Assembly: GCA_944350085.1 (NCBI GenBank)
Contig: CALVNY010000017.1
Location: forward strand, 44,659 to 108,658
DNA length: 64,000 nt
Origin: an uncultured Clostridia bacterium
GTDB taxonomy: Bacteria > Bacillota > Clostridia > Christensenellales > UBA1242
Direction: 5' to 3'
Shown here: piece by piece, positions 46,540-56,117 of the stretch
How positions within the stretch are numbered: the stretch's first letter is position 1
Layout: every line of letters starts with the position of its first letter
Made by a program: the position numbers and the translations under genes
Notes under the pieces: model-generated
What the model was told of the DNA's origin: nothing
Database searches by the model: none
The model's input: the letters and a program-made list of their open reading frames with translations, nothing else

Positions 46540-47613
46540 ATGATTTTATCAAGTTTTTTAACTTCTTTGCAAAATGTAGGTGTTAAATTACTTTATATTT
46601 TACTTGCTCTTGCAATTTTACTTTTTATGGTAATGATTCATGAATTGGGACACTATACATTTGGCAAAATTTTTAAATTTAAAATAAATGAGTTTTCAAT
46701 TGGTTTTGGAAAAGCGTTATATAGTAAAACAAAGAAAAATGGAGAAAAATTCTCCATTAGAGTTTTTCCTTTGGGTGGTTACTGTGCATTTGAAGGTGAA
46801 GATGAAGCAGGAAATGAAAGCCCAGACGCATTTAACAATCAAAAACCTTGGAAAAGATTGTTGGTTTTAGTTGGTGGTGTAACATTTAATTTTATTTCGG
46901 CAATTATTTTTAGCATAATTTTGATATCTGTTATTGGAACAGGTGTTCCAAAAGTTACGGGTGTTACAGGTGAAAATGCAAATTATATTCAAGTTGGTGA
47001 TGAACTAGTTGAAATAAATGGAGAAAAACCATCATTTGTTAATGGTGGAATAGGTTTTATTTTAAGCGAGTGGAACGAAGACGAACCAATAACCTTAGTT
47101 ATTAAAAGAGAAGGTGAAAAAGATTTAATAACTAAGGAAGTGTTTATGCAAGAATTTACAGACAATTTGGGGCAAACATACTATGCAATAGGCATTACTT
47201 CATATACTTATCAAAAATATTCTGTTGGGGAAGCATTTTTACATTGTGTGCCTTACACATTTGAAATGGCATGGGACTGTTTGGAAATTTTAGGTAAACT
47301 ATTAGTTGGAAAATTAAGTATCTCAAATATTGGCGGACCTGTTACTACAATTAGTACAATTGCAGAAGCATCACAAATTAGCGCCCTTAACTTAATTTTA
47401 TTATTTCCACTTTTGGCTGTAAATTTGGCTGTATTTAATGCTTTACCTATTCCGGCACTCGATGGTGCAAGAATGGTGTTTGTGTTAATTGAGTGGATAA
47501 GGAGAAAGCCTGTAAATCGTGAATTAGAAGCAAAAATTCATTTTTGGGGACTAGTTGTTTTATTTGCTTTTGTGGTTCTTGTGGATATTTTGCATTTTAC
47601 AGTGTTTAGTTAA
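46540..47613 (+). CDS. rseP: RIP site-2 metalloprotease RseP/RasP
   Basis: HELGH zinc motif, a central PDZ-like segment, and the NALPIPALDG motif. Confidence 0.9.
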   Translation: MILSSFLTSLQNVGVKLLYILLALAILLFMVMIHELGHYTFGKIFKFKINEFSIGFGKALYSKTKKNGEKFSIRVFPLGGYCAFEGEDEAGNESPDAFNNQKPWKRLLVLVGGVTFNFISAIIFSIILISVIGTGVPKVTGVTGENANYIQVGDELVEINGEKPSFVNGGIGFILSEWNEDEPITLVIKREGEKDLITKEVFMQEFTDNLGQTYYAIGITSYTYQKYSVGEAFLHCVPYTFEMAWDCLEILGKLLVGKLSISNIGGPVTTISTIAEASQISALNLILLFPLLAVNLAVFNALPIPALDGARMVFVLIEWIRRKPVNRELEAKIHFWGLVVLFAFVVLVDILHFTVFS

Positions 47614-47614
47614 A

Positions 47615-49201
47615 ATGGATTTTTTAGAATTTTTAAAAAAAGAAACTAATAATAAATATGATTTTGTAAAATTGGTTGAAGTTAAATTAAGCGAAAATAA
47701 TGCTTGTGTTTGCAAATTCATATATGATGGAAATGTTAGAGATTTAGACGAAAATGATAAATCTCTATTTTCTGGTGTTGTAAAAAAATATGTTGGTGTT
47801 GACTGCGATGTGGTTATAAAATTTAAGAAAGAATCTTTGGATAATGATGTTATTTTTCAATATGTTTCAACGTTTATACAAACAAATTTTCCAAGTGCAT
47901 TTTCTATGTTTAAGCCTGAAAATTTAATGATTGAAAATGATGACTTATGTTGCAAATTAAAAATTTCAATGATTGATATTTATTTTAAATATTTAAAGGC
48001 AAAAAATTTTGAAAAAGAACTAGAAAAGTATTTGTCAAAATATTATTTTAAAAACTTCAATGTGGAATTAAGTGAAATTAATAGCAACAATAGTATTGAA
48101 GATGCATTAATTGAACAAGAAAATATTATTCAAGGAATGGTTGACGAGACTAATTTAAACAAAAATATTGAAAAATTTAATGTGCTTGAAGTAACAAAAT
48201 TAATAGGCGAAGAGTTAAATAGCGAATGTAGATTTTTTGATAGTTTAAGGAAACCAGTAAAAAATATAGTTACGGCCGGGAAAATTAAACAAATTTACGA
48301 AAAAACATTTAAAAGCAAAACTGCAAAAAATGAAGATGGAACTCCAAAAGAAAAAGCATATTATAATTTTAAGCTTGAATTAAGGGGAGAAATATTAGAC
48401 TGTGTATATTTCCCAAAAGACACAGATTTAGCAAAATTTCAAACATTAAATGAAAATGATGAAATTGTTATTAATGGGGATATTGAAGAGTTCAACAATA
48501 GAACAAATTGTAAAGTAAAACAAATTTCACTTTGCAAGTTGCCAAAGATTGATGAAGTAAAAGTGGAATTTAAAAAAGTTAATGATGTATATAAGTATGT
48601 TCAACCATGCGAATATGTTGTAGAAGAACAACCAGATATATTTTCATTTAATAAAGTTGATGAGGTTAATGATATACTTAAAAACAACACATTTGTGGTT
48701 TATGATTTTGAAACTACGGGTTTAAATTTTATGGAGAATGAAATTATTGAAATAGGTGCTGTAAAAATTATAGATGGTAAAATTAAAGAAACTTTTGACA
48801 CTTTTGTAAAACCACAAAAAATTAGTAAGTTGCCTATGGAAATTGTAAAATTAACCCATATTACAGATGAAATGGTAAAGGATAGTTACACAATTTCAGA
48901 AGTTATACAAGATTTTTATAAATTTTGTTATGGTAGCATAATGGTGGGACATAACAGCATTGGATTTGACAATTTATTTTTGCAAAAGGCTGGTAGGGAA
49001 AATAAATATAATTTTGATAACAAACAATTAGACACATATATCATTGCATTGCAACAAATTAAAGGAATTAAAAATTACAAATTAAAAACCATTGCTGAGT
49101 ACTTAAATGTTAAACTTGAAAATGCTCATAGAGCAATAAACGATGTTTTGGCAACAGCAGAAGTTTTTATAAAACTTACAGACAAGATGAACGGCATTTA
49201 A
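47615..49201 (+). CDS. PolC-like N-terminal/OB domains fused to a DEDDh 3'-5' exonuclease, with no polymerase domains
   Basis: The ATG at 47615 lies 1 nt after the rseP stop. Exo motifs are VVYDFETTGL (I), VGHNSIGFDNLFL (II) and HRAINDVLATAEVF (III). The N-terminal ~350 aa have a PolC-like layout, judged by eye. The track start at 47555 lies inside rseP. Confidence 0.75.
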   Translation: MDFLEFLKKETNNKYDFVKLVEVKLSENNACVCKFIYDGNVRDLDENDKSLFSGVVKKYVGVDCDVVIKFKKESLDNDVIFQYVSTFIQTNFPSAFSMFKPENLMIENDDLCCKLKISMIDIYFKYLKAKNFEKELEKYLSKYYFKNFNVELSEINSNNSIEDALIEQENIIQGMVDETNLNKNIEKFNVLEVTKLIGEELNSECRFFDSLRKPVKNIVTAGKIKQIYEKTFKSKTAKNEDGTPKEKAYYNFKLELRGEILDCVYFPKDTDLAKFQTLNENDEIVINGDIEEFNNRTNCKVKQISLCKLPKIDEVKVEFKKVNDVYKYVQPCEYVVEEQPDIFSFNKVDEVNDILKNNTFVVYDFETTGLNFMENEIIEIGAVKIIDGKIKETFDTFVKPQKISKLPMEIVKLTHITDEMVKDSYTISEVIQDFYKFCYGSIMVGHNSIGFDNLFLQKAGRENKYNFDNKQLDTYIIALQQIKGIKNYKLKTIAEYLNVKLENAHRAINDVLATAEVFIKLTDKMNGI

Positions 49202-49235
49202 AAGCCATAAAATAGTACAATTTGAATAAATACAC

Positions 49236-49264
49236 TTGATAAAAATATTATTATGTGTTAATAT
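49236..49264 (+). promoter_or_regulatory. sigma-A-type promoter TTGATA-17-TAATAT (rimP-nusA-infB operon)
   Basis: Hexamers at 49236-49241 and 49259-49264. Confidence 0.45.
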
Positions 49265-49288
49265 ATAATTACTTATATGTGTTACTTG

Positions 49289-49324
49289 GAGTGAGGCAAT
49301 TAATTTTGCCTCACTCTTAATTTT
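49289..49324 (+). promoter_or_regulatory. leader hairpin / attenuator-like terminator upstream of rimP-nusA
   Basis: Perfect 10-bp stem GAGTGAGGCA (49289-49298) / TGCCTCACTC (49307-49316) with an 8-nt loop, followed by the interrupted U-tract TTAATTTT. It lies between the promoter and the rimP RBS. Confidence 0.55.
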
Positions 49325-49340
49325 GAGAAAGGAGATTTTT

Positions 49341-49802
49341 ATGAGTAAAAAAGTAACAACATTAGTTGAAGAATCTATTACACCTGTGGCTAAAGAAATG
49401 GGTTATGAAATTGTTGAAGTTGAGTATGCTAAAAAATATAATGGAATGAATTTAACAATTTTTTTAGATAAAGAAGGTGGAATTACATTAGATGACTGCG
49501 AGGCATTTAGTAAAGAAATTGACCCAATACTAGAAGAATTAAATCCAACAAACGATGAAAGTTATATTTTAAATATTTCATCACCGGGTATTGACAGACC
49601 ACTAAAAAATGAAAAAGATTTTAATAGAAACTTAAATAAAGAAATTACATTAAAATTTTATGCGTCAATAGATGGCCAAAAAGAAACTTGTGGTGTTTTA
49701 AAAGATTTTTCAAATTCAAGCATTACAATAAATGAAAATGGAACAAATAAAACTTACGAATTAAGTAAAATTTCACAAATTTTACCGATTATAAAATTAT
49801 AG
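49341..49802 (+). CDS. rimP: ribosome maturation factor RimP
   Basis: The ATG at 49341 lies 6 nt after GGAG. YlxS/RimP-like sequence upstream of nusA. Confidence 0.9.
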   Translation: MSKKVTTLVEESITPVAKEMGYEIVEVEYAKKYNGMNLTIFLDKEGGITLDDCEAFSKEIDPILEELNPTNDESYILNISSPGIDRPLKNEKDFNRNLNKEITLKFYASIDGQKETCGVLKDFSNSSITINENGTNKTYELSKISQILPIIKL

Positions 49803-49815
49803 GAGAAATTAAAAA

Positions 49816-50949
49816 ATGATTAATAAAGATTTTTTTCAAGCATTAGATGATTTAGAACAACAAAAAGGAATTAACAAAGATTATTTTATTGAAGCATTAG
49901 AAAGTGCTTTAACAAGTGCATACAAAAAGAACTTTGGAGAAGCAAAAAGTGCTTTTGTAAAATTAAATCCAGAAAAAAATAGCATCAAAGTTTATTCATA
50001 TAAAACTGTAGTTGAAGAAGTTGAAGACCCTGATAAAGAAATTTCTTTAGCAGAAGCAAAACTATTAAAAAAATCTAGCAAAGTTGGTGATGTTGTTCAA
50101 AATGAAGAAACACCAAAGAATTTTGGTAGAATTGCTGCTCAAACTGCAAAACAAGTAGTAATGCAAAGATTAAGAGAAGCAGAAAGATCAAAAATAATGC
50201 AAGAAATATCTGACAAACAAGATGAACTTTTAACTGCCATTGTTAGAAGAAAAGAAGGTGACAATGTTTATGTTGACCTTGGAATTACACAAGTAGAAGG
50301 CGTTTTGGCTCCTCAAGACAGAATTCCAGGAGAAAATTATGCAATTAATAGCAGAATTAAAGTTTATGTAAAACAAGTTAAAGAATCATTTAATATGCCT
50401 TATGTTCAATTAACAAGAACAAACATTGGATTTGTTAAAAGATTATTTGAACTAGAAGTTCCTGAAATAGTGTCAGGAGATGTAAAAATTAAAAACATTG
50501 TAAGAGAGGCTGGTTATAGAACAAAAATTGCAGTTTACAGCACAAATGCAAATATTGACCCTGTTGGCAGTTGTGTTGGAAATAAAGGTGCAAGGGTAAA
50601 TGCCATTGTTAACGAATTAAATGGTGAAAAAATTGACATTGTTCCATATAGTACTGAACCTGAACTATTTATTTCAAGTGCATTAAGTCCAGCAACAGTT
50701 TTGCATGTAAGTTGTAATGTTATGGAAAAAACAAGTTTGGCAGTTGTTCCAGATGATAAATTATCACTTGCAATTGGCAAGAGTGGTCAAAATGTTAGAC
50801 TTGCAGCAAAACTTACTGGTTGGAAAATTGATGTTAAATCAAAAAGCCAAGTTCCATCATTAAATATTGATGACACAAATGCAAATGAAACAAAAGAAGA
50901 TTATAGTGATTTGTTTAATGATGAAGGTGCTTTTGAAGATTTAGAATAA
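49816..50949 (+). CDS. nusA: transcription termination/antitermination factor NusA
   Basis: 377 aa with an N-terminal domain, an S1 domain and two KH domains (GxxG: VGNKGARV, IGKSGQNV). Confidence 0.96.
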   Translation: MINKDFFQALDDLEQQKGINKDYFIEALESALTSAYKKNFGEAKSAFVKLNPEKNSIKVYSYKTVVEEVEDPDKEISLAEAKLLKKSSKVGDVVQNEETPKNFGRIAAQTAKQVVMQRLREAERSKIMQEISDKQDELLTAIVRRKEGDNVYVDLGITQVEGVLAPQDRIPGENYAINSRIKVYVKQVKESFNMPYVQLTRTNIGFVKRLFELEVPEIVSGDVKIKNIVREAGYRTKIAVYSTNANIDPVGSCVGNKGARVNAIVNELNGEKIDIVPYSTEPELFISSALSPATVLHVSCNVMEKTSLAVVPDDKLSLAIGKSGQNVRLAAKLTGWKIDVKSKSQVPSLNIDDTNANETKEDYSDLFNDEGAFEDLE

Positions 50950-50958
50950 GGAAAAGAT

Positions 50959-51222
50959 ATGAAAAAAAATAAAGAACCATTAAGAATGTGTATTGTATGC
51001 AGGCAAATGAAACCCAAAATTGAGCTTATTAGAATAGTTAAAACGCCAGATGAAATTATAGTTAACGCAAATAAGGTAAATGGTAGGGGAATGTATGTTT
51101 GCAAAGATAGTAAATGCATAGAATCATGTTGCAAGAAAAAACTTATTAATAAAACATTATCTTGCCCAGTTGAAGATAGTGTTTATGATTTATTAAAAGA
51201 GAGTGCAAATAATGCAAAATAA
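50959..51222 (+). CDS. ylxR: YlxR-family (DUF448) RNA-binding protein
   Basis: 87 aa. PLRMCIVCRQMKPK...GRGMYVC motif, in the conserved position after nusA. Confidence 0.85.
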   Translation: MKKNKEPLRMCIVCRQMKPKIELIRIVKTPDEIIVNANKVNGRGMYVCKDSKCIESCCKKKLINKTLSCPVEDSVYDLLKESANNAK

Positions 51223-51547
51223 TAAATTTGAAGCATATATTGGTTTTAGCATAAAAAGTAGGTCAATCATATATGGGTTTGACAATTTAATAAAATTTAA
51301 TAAAAAAGTTCCACTTGTGATTGTTGATGAATCTACAAATGTTAAAATTTTAAATAAACTTTTAGTTTTTTGTGAAAATAAAGGATACACATTAATTAAA
51401 AGCAAAATTTTATTGTCTGATTTAACAAAAAGAGACAATGTTAAAGTGGTTGGATTGATAAATAAAAACTTGGTTGATGCAATTCTTATAAATTGCGTTA
51501 ATGATATTTTAATTTTAAAAGAAGGGGAAAATAAAATTGGAAAATAA
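51212..51547 (+). CDS. ylxQ: L7Ae/L30e-family RNA-binding protein (YlxQ-like)
   Basis: ORF of about 110 aa between ylxR and infB. ATG at 51212 (GTG at 51203 is also possible). The call rests mainly on synteny plus weak family resemblance. Confidence 0.65.
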   Translation: MQNNKFEAYIGFSIKSRSIIYGFDNLIKFNKKVPLVIVDESTNVKILNKLLVFCENKGYTLIKSKILLSDLTKRDNVKVVGLINKNLVDAILINCVNDILILKEGENKIGK

Positions 51548-53960
51548 AAAAGAAAATCAAAACACATCTTTTGGTAATTTGAAATTTTTAACACAATTGA
51601 TTGCTGGAAATCAAATTAATCAAATGATAACAAATATTAAAAAAGCAAAACAATCTTTAGAAACATACTATAAAAATATAAAAGATAAAGTGGTTGCTGA
51701 ATCTAAAAAGCCACAAGTAGAAATTATAAAAGAAGAAAGCGTTATAAAACCAAAAGTACAAAAACCTATTGAAAAGGACAATAGGGAAAACTCTTTTGTT
51801 AAAAATAGCAATGTGAAAAAAGATTTTGAAAGAAATTCAGGCAATGTAAAAAATTCTCAATCAAAAACCCCTTTTAATAAAGAAAATAATTCAAACTATG
51901 TAAAACAATCAAATAGACCATTTAACAAAGATGAAAACAAATCAGGATCTAAAAATGATAAATCATTTAATAAAAAGCCATTAAATATTATGGCTGATAT
52001 TCCTGTTATTCAAAAAAATGATAGAAATTTTGGGAATAAAAATAAAACTCATAATAAAAATATGGAAGAAAGTAAGAATAAATCCATAAAAACCAAAATC
52101 AAAATGGGTATTATTCAAACCGATGATTATGAAGATGAAGAAAGATTTGGCAGAGTTAGGGTTAAAACAAACAAAAAACCAAAGGTAACTCAAGAAAAAG
52201 TTAAAACCGTTATTGACAAGGCTGTTATAACAACTGAAAATTTAACTGTTAAAATTTTATCTGAAAAAATTGGAAAACCTGCTGTTGAAATTATAAAACA
52301 ATTTATGTTGCTTGGAATGATGCTTAATATAAATAGCGTAATTGATTTCCCAACAGCAGAACTTGTTGCAAATGAATTAGGCGTTAAATTGGAATTAAAA
52401 TTAGACAAATCAATTGAAAATCAAGTTGAAGAAATGTTCCAAGATGATGAAAAAGATTTGTTGCCAAGACCTCCTATTGTTACTGTAATGGGACACGTAG
52501 ACCACGGTAAAACAAGCTTGCTTGATGCCATTAAGAAAACAAATGTAATTGCTGGAGAAGCAGGTGGAATTACACAACATATTGGTTCTTACACAGTTAA
52601 TGTTGATAAAAACAGAAAAATTACATTTATTGACACTCCTGGGCATGCAGCATTTACAGCAATGCGTGCAAGAGGAGCAAAAGTTACAGATATTGCAATT
52701 TTGGTTGTTGCTGCAGATGATGGAATTATGCCACAAACAGTTGAAGCCATAAATCATATAAAAGATGCAGGCAGTGCAATGATTGTTGCAATAAACAAAA
52801 TTGACAAGCCAGAAGCAAATGTTGAAAGGGTTAAACAACAACTAACAGAATATGGAATTTTGCCAGAAGAATGGGGTGGAGATACTATTTGTGTGCCAAT
52901 TAGTGCAAAACACAATCAAGGTATTGATAAACTTCTTGAAATGGTTTTACTAGTTAGTGATATGCTTGAATTAAAAGCAAATCCTAATAGAAATGCTTGT
53001 GCTTATGTTATTGAAAGTAAAGTTGACAAGGGCCGTGGAATTGTTACAAATATTATTGTTAAAAACGGAACTTTAAAATTGGGCGATAATGTTGTTGCTG
53101 GATTGTCAACTGGCCGTGTTAAAGCAATGGTTGATTATTTAGGAAATTCTGTTAAAAGTGCAGGCCCAAGCATGGCCGTTTCAATACTTGGTTTAAATAT
53201 TGCTCCTGATGCTGGCGATATGTTGTATGTTCTTGATGAAAAAATGGCAAAAAGTTTAGTTGAAGAAAGAACAAACAAAATTAAAGTTCAGAAAACAAAA
53301 GACACAAATGGAGTTGATTTGCAAGACTTTTTAAGTCATAACATTGATGAACAAATGAAAGTATTTAAACTTATTGTTAAAGCCGATGTTATGGGCTCTG
53401 TTGAAGCAGTTTCACAAACACTAGAAAATATCAAAAACGAAGAAGTTAAAGTTGAAGTTATTCATAAAGCAGTGGGTGGAATTACTGAAAGCGATGTATT
53501 GCTTGCACAAGCAAGTAATGCTATGATTATTGGATTTAATGTAAAACCAGATGCAAAATCTAAAAAATTGGCAGAAACAAACAAAGTGCAAATTGCTTTA
53601 TATAAAGTTATTTATGAAGCAGTTGACTATGTAACTGACATTATAAATAGTATGAAAGCCCCAAAATATGAAGAAAAGGTTAGTGGGCATGCAGAAGTTA
53701 GACATCTATTTAAAATTAGCAGTGTTGGAACAATTGCTGGTTGTTATGTTGTAGATGGTAACATTTTAAGAAATAACAAAGTTAGAGTTTTAAGAAATGG
53801 CAAAGAAATGTTTAATGGAGATATTGATTCATTAAAAATAATGAAAGATGATGTTAAACAAGTTAAATTTGGATTCGAGTGTGGAATTAAAGTTAAAGGA
53901 TTCAATGATATTGCAGAAGGTGATATAATCGAATCTTATGAAAATGTTAGAATAAATTAA
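51537..53960 (+). CDS. infB: translation initiation factor IF-2
   Basis: 807 aa. TTG start after AAGGGG, a Lys/Asn-rich N-terminal region, and G domain motifs [17 protein letters not shown] and NKID. Confidence 0.96.
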   Translation: MENKKENQNTSFGNLKFLTQLIAGNQINQMITNIKKAKQSLETYYKNIKDKVVAESKKPQVEIIKEESVIKPKVQKPIEKDNRENSFVKNSNVKKDFERNSGNVKNSQSKTPFNKENNSNYVKQSNRPFNKDENKSGSKNDKSFNKKPLNIMADIPVIQKNDRNFGNKNKTHNKNMEESKNKSIKTKIKMGIIQTDDYEDEERFGRVRVKTNKKPKVTQEKVKTVIDKAVITTENLTVKILSEKIGKPAVEIIKQFMLLGMMLNINSVIDFPTAELVANELGVKLELKLDKSIENQVEEMFQDDEKDLLPRPPIVTVMGHVDHGKTSLLDAIKKTNVIAGEAGGITQHIGSYTVNVDKNRKITFIDTPGHAAFTAMRARGAKVTDIAILVVAADDGIMPQTVEAINHIKDAGSAMIVAINKIDKPEANVERVKQQLTEYGILPEEWGGDTICVPISAKHNQGIDKLLEMVLLVSDMLELKANPNRNACAYVIESKVDKGRGIVTNIIVKNGTLKLGDNVVAGLSTGRVKAMVDYLGNSVKSAGPSMAVSILGLNIAPDAGDMLYVLDEKMAKSLVEERTNKIKVQKTKDTNGVDLQDFLSHNIDEQMKVFKLIVKADVMGSVEAVSQTLENIKNEEVKVEVIHKAVGGITESDVLLAQASNAMIIGFNVKPDAKSKKLAETNKVQIALYKVIYEAVDYVTDIINSMKAPKYEEKVSGHAEVRHLFKISSVGTIAGCYVVDGNILRNNKVRVLRNGKEMFNGDIDSLKIMKDDVKQVKFGFECGIKVKGFNDIAEGDIIESYENVRIN

Positions 53961-53971
53961 AAGGAAATAAT

Positions 53972-54328
53972 ATGAGTAAAAGAATTTTAAGAATAAACTC
54001 TGAAATTGAAAAAGCAATTAATGAAATACTTGCATATGAAATAAAAAATCCCAAAATTACTGGAATAATTACAGTAACAAAATGTGAAACAACAATGGAT
54101 TTAGATATTTGTAAAGTTTATGTAAGCATATTTTCGCCAGATAACAAACAAGAAATTTTTGATGAAATAAAACATTCTGCAAGATTCATAAGGCAAGAAG
54201 TGTGCAAAAAAGTTCTACTTAGGAAAATGCCTTATTTGGAATTTATCTTAGATGAAGGTCAAGAATATAACGAAAGAATTGAAAAAGCAATAGAGCAGAT
54301 TCAAAAAGAGAGAAATGAAAATGTTTGA
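53972..54328 (+). CDS. rbfA: ribosome-binding factor A
   Basis: 118 aa. RbfA-like sequence (RINSEIEKAINEIL...) immediately after infB. Confidence 0.92.
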   Translation: MSKRILRINSEIEKAINEILAYEIKNPKITGIITVTKCETTMDLDICKVYVSIFSPDNKQEIFDEIKHSARFIRQEVCKKVLLRKMPYLEFILDEGQEYNERIEKAIEQIQKERNENV

Positions 54329-55268
54329 TGAAAAAATATTTGATTATTTGAATTCAAGCGAAACAGTTGCTATATTTACTCATATTAGGCCAGATGGAGA
54401 TTGTTTGGGCAGTGCATTGGCACTTGGAATTGCATTAGAAAATGAAGGTAAAAAGGTTGATTATTATTGTCCATCACAAATAAATGAATCATTTATGTTT
54501 TTGCCTAACATAAAAAGATTTAATAAACCTAAATTAAAAAAATATGACTTAGCAATAGCTGTTGATAGTTCTGATTTAAATCGTTTGTCACAAACTGGCG
54601 AAATCTTTTGCAGTGCAAAAAAGACTATAAAAATTGACCATCATATTTCTGAAGAAAACTATGCAGAATTAAACTATGTTTATAGATTACCATCAACTTG
54701 TGAAATTATATATGATTTATTAAAACAAATGAAATTTCCAATAACCAAAGATATTGCTTTGGCATTGTACAGTGGTGTTTCTAGTGATACCGGTTGTTTT
54801 ATACACTCAAACACAACAAGTAACACACACAAAGTGGCAAGCGAGTTAATAGATTTAGGTGCAGATTTTTATAAAGCAAATTATTGGTTGTTTAAGTACA
54901 AAACTTTGGGACAAGTTGAATTAATAAAGTGTGCCTATAATAATATGACTTTTTTAGAAAATGGGAAAATTGTTTTTGTTTATGTAAAAATAAAAGATTT
55001 AGAAAAATGTAATTTAACAAATCTTGATAGTTACATTTTAGTTGATAATTTTGTAGGTATTCAAGGCGTTGATTTAACTGTTGTATTAACAGAAGACACT
55101 CCCAACTTTTATTTTGTAAGTTTTAGAGGAAACGATAAAATCCGTTGTGATAAAATTGCAAATGTGTTTGGTGGTGGTGGACATGTTAATGCTTCTGGTT
55201 GCAAAATTAGAGGTACTATTCAAAATATAAAAAATAGAATAATAAAGGCATATAACGATAATTTATGA
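54315..55268 (+). CDS. nrnA: DHH/DHHA1 phosphoesterase (NrnA-like oligoribonuclease/pAp phosphatase)
   Basis: Motifs HIRPDGDCLGS, AVDSSD, IDHH and DHHA1 GGGGHVNASG. Confidence 0.85.
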   Translation: MKMFDEKIFDYLNSSETVAIFTHIRPDGDCLGSALALGIALENEGKKVDYYCPSQINESFMFLPNIKRFNKPKLKKYDLAIAVDSSDLNRLSQTGEIFCSAKKTIKIDHHISEENYAELNYVYRLPSTCEIIYDLLKQMKFPITKDIALALYSGVSSDTGCFIHSNTTSNTHKVASELIDLGADFYKANYWLFKYKTLGQVELIKCAYNNMTFLENGKIVFVYVKIKDLEKCNLTNLDSYILVDNFVGIQGVDLTVVLTEDTPNFYFVSFRGNDKIRCDKIANVFGGGGHVNASGCKIRGTIQNIKNRIIKAYNDNL

Positions 55269-56107
55269 TTGGATTTTTAAATGTTTATAAACCACGAAAT
55301 ATTACTTCAAATTTTGTTTTAACTAAAATAAAAAAACAATTTGGTTTAAAAAAAATTGGACACATGGGAACATTAGATCCAATGGCTGAAGGGGTTTTGC
55401 CAATTGCTGTTGGAAATTCAACTAAAATGTTTGACTACTTTTTAAATAAGCATAAGTCTTATATTGCAACTTTTGAATTTGGTTATGAAACCGACACATT
55501 AGATGCGACGGGTAAAACAATTAATAATTCAAACAATATACCTAGTGTTGAAGATGTTAAAAAAGTTTTAAATGGTTTTATTGGAAAAAACAATCAAATG
55601 CCACCAAAATATTCAGCAAAAAACATCAATGGCAAAAGGGCGTATGAGTTAGCAAGAAAAAATATTGATTTTGACTTAAAACCAAAGGAAATTGAAATTT
55701 TTGAATTTAAATATTTAAGCAATCAAGAAAATAAGTTTGAATTTGAAATAACATGTTCAAGTGGTACATATATTAGAAGTTTGTGTAGAGATTTGGCATA
55801 TAGTTTGAATACATTTGCAACAATGACAAAACTGATTAGAACATCTAGTGGAAAATTTAATTTAGAAAATTCTGTTTCACTTGAAAGTTTGTTGAGTTCA
55901 AATATTGAAAATTATTTGATTAGTGTTGAAAATATTTTTGATTTTAAATCTGTTTTTGTTAATGACGAACAATGTAAAAAGTTAAGAAATGGTATGACTA
56001 TTTATTTTGAATTAAATGATTGTTTGGTTTTTGTTATAAATAAAAATATAAATTTAGGTGTGGGTGAAGTTTTTAACAATAAATTAAAATTAAAAACACA
56101 TTTTTAA
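55265..56107 (+). CDS. truB: tRNA pseudouridine55 synthase TruB
   Basis: GHMGTLDPMAEGVLP catalytic-Asp motif. 280 aa. Confidence 0.93.
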   Translation: MIGFLNVYKPRNITSNFVLTKIKKQFGLKKIGHMGTLDPMAEGVLPIAVGNSTKMFDYFLNKHKSYIATFEFGYETDTLDATGKTINNSNNIPSVEDVKKVLNGFIGKNNQMPPKYSAKNINGKRAYELARKNIDFDLKPKEIEIFEFKYLSNQENKFEFEITCSSGTYIRSLCRDLAYSLNTFATMTKLIRTSSGKFNLENSVSLESLLSSNIENYLISVENIFDFKSVFVNDEQCKKLRNGMTIYFELNDCLVFVINKNINLGVGEVFNNKLKLKTHF

Positions 56108-56117
56108 AGGAGTTGTT

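Noticed and set aside
47555-47614. N-terminal extensions suggested by the longest-ORF track. Examples are 47555 for the exonuclease, 31277 for topA, 60213 for spoIIIAF, 44808 for uppS, 8481 for the 268-aa ORF, 11353 for the 117-aa ORF and 8365 for DUF4364.
   Set aside because: The extensions overlap the preceding gene or a promoter and lack an RBS. Internal ATG codons with good RBS spacing or stop-start coupling give N-termini matching the known families.
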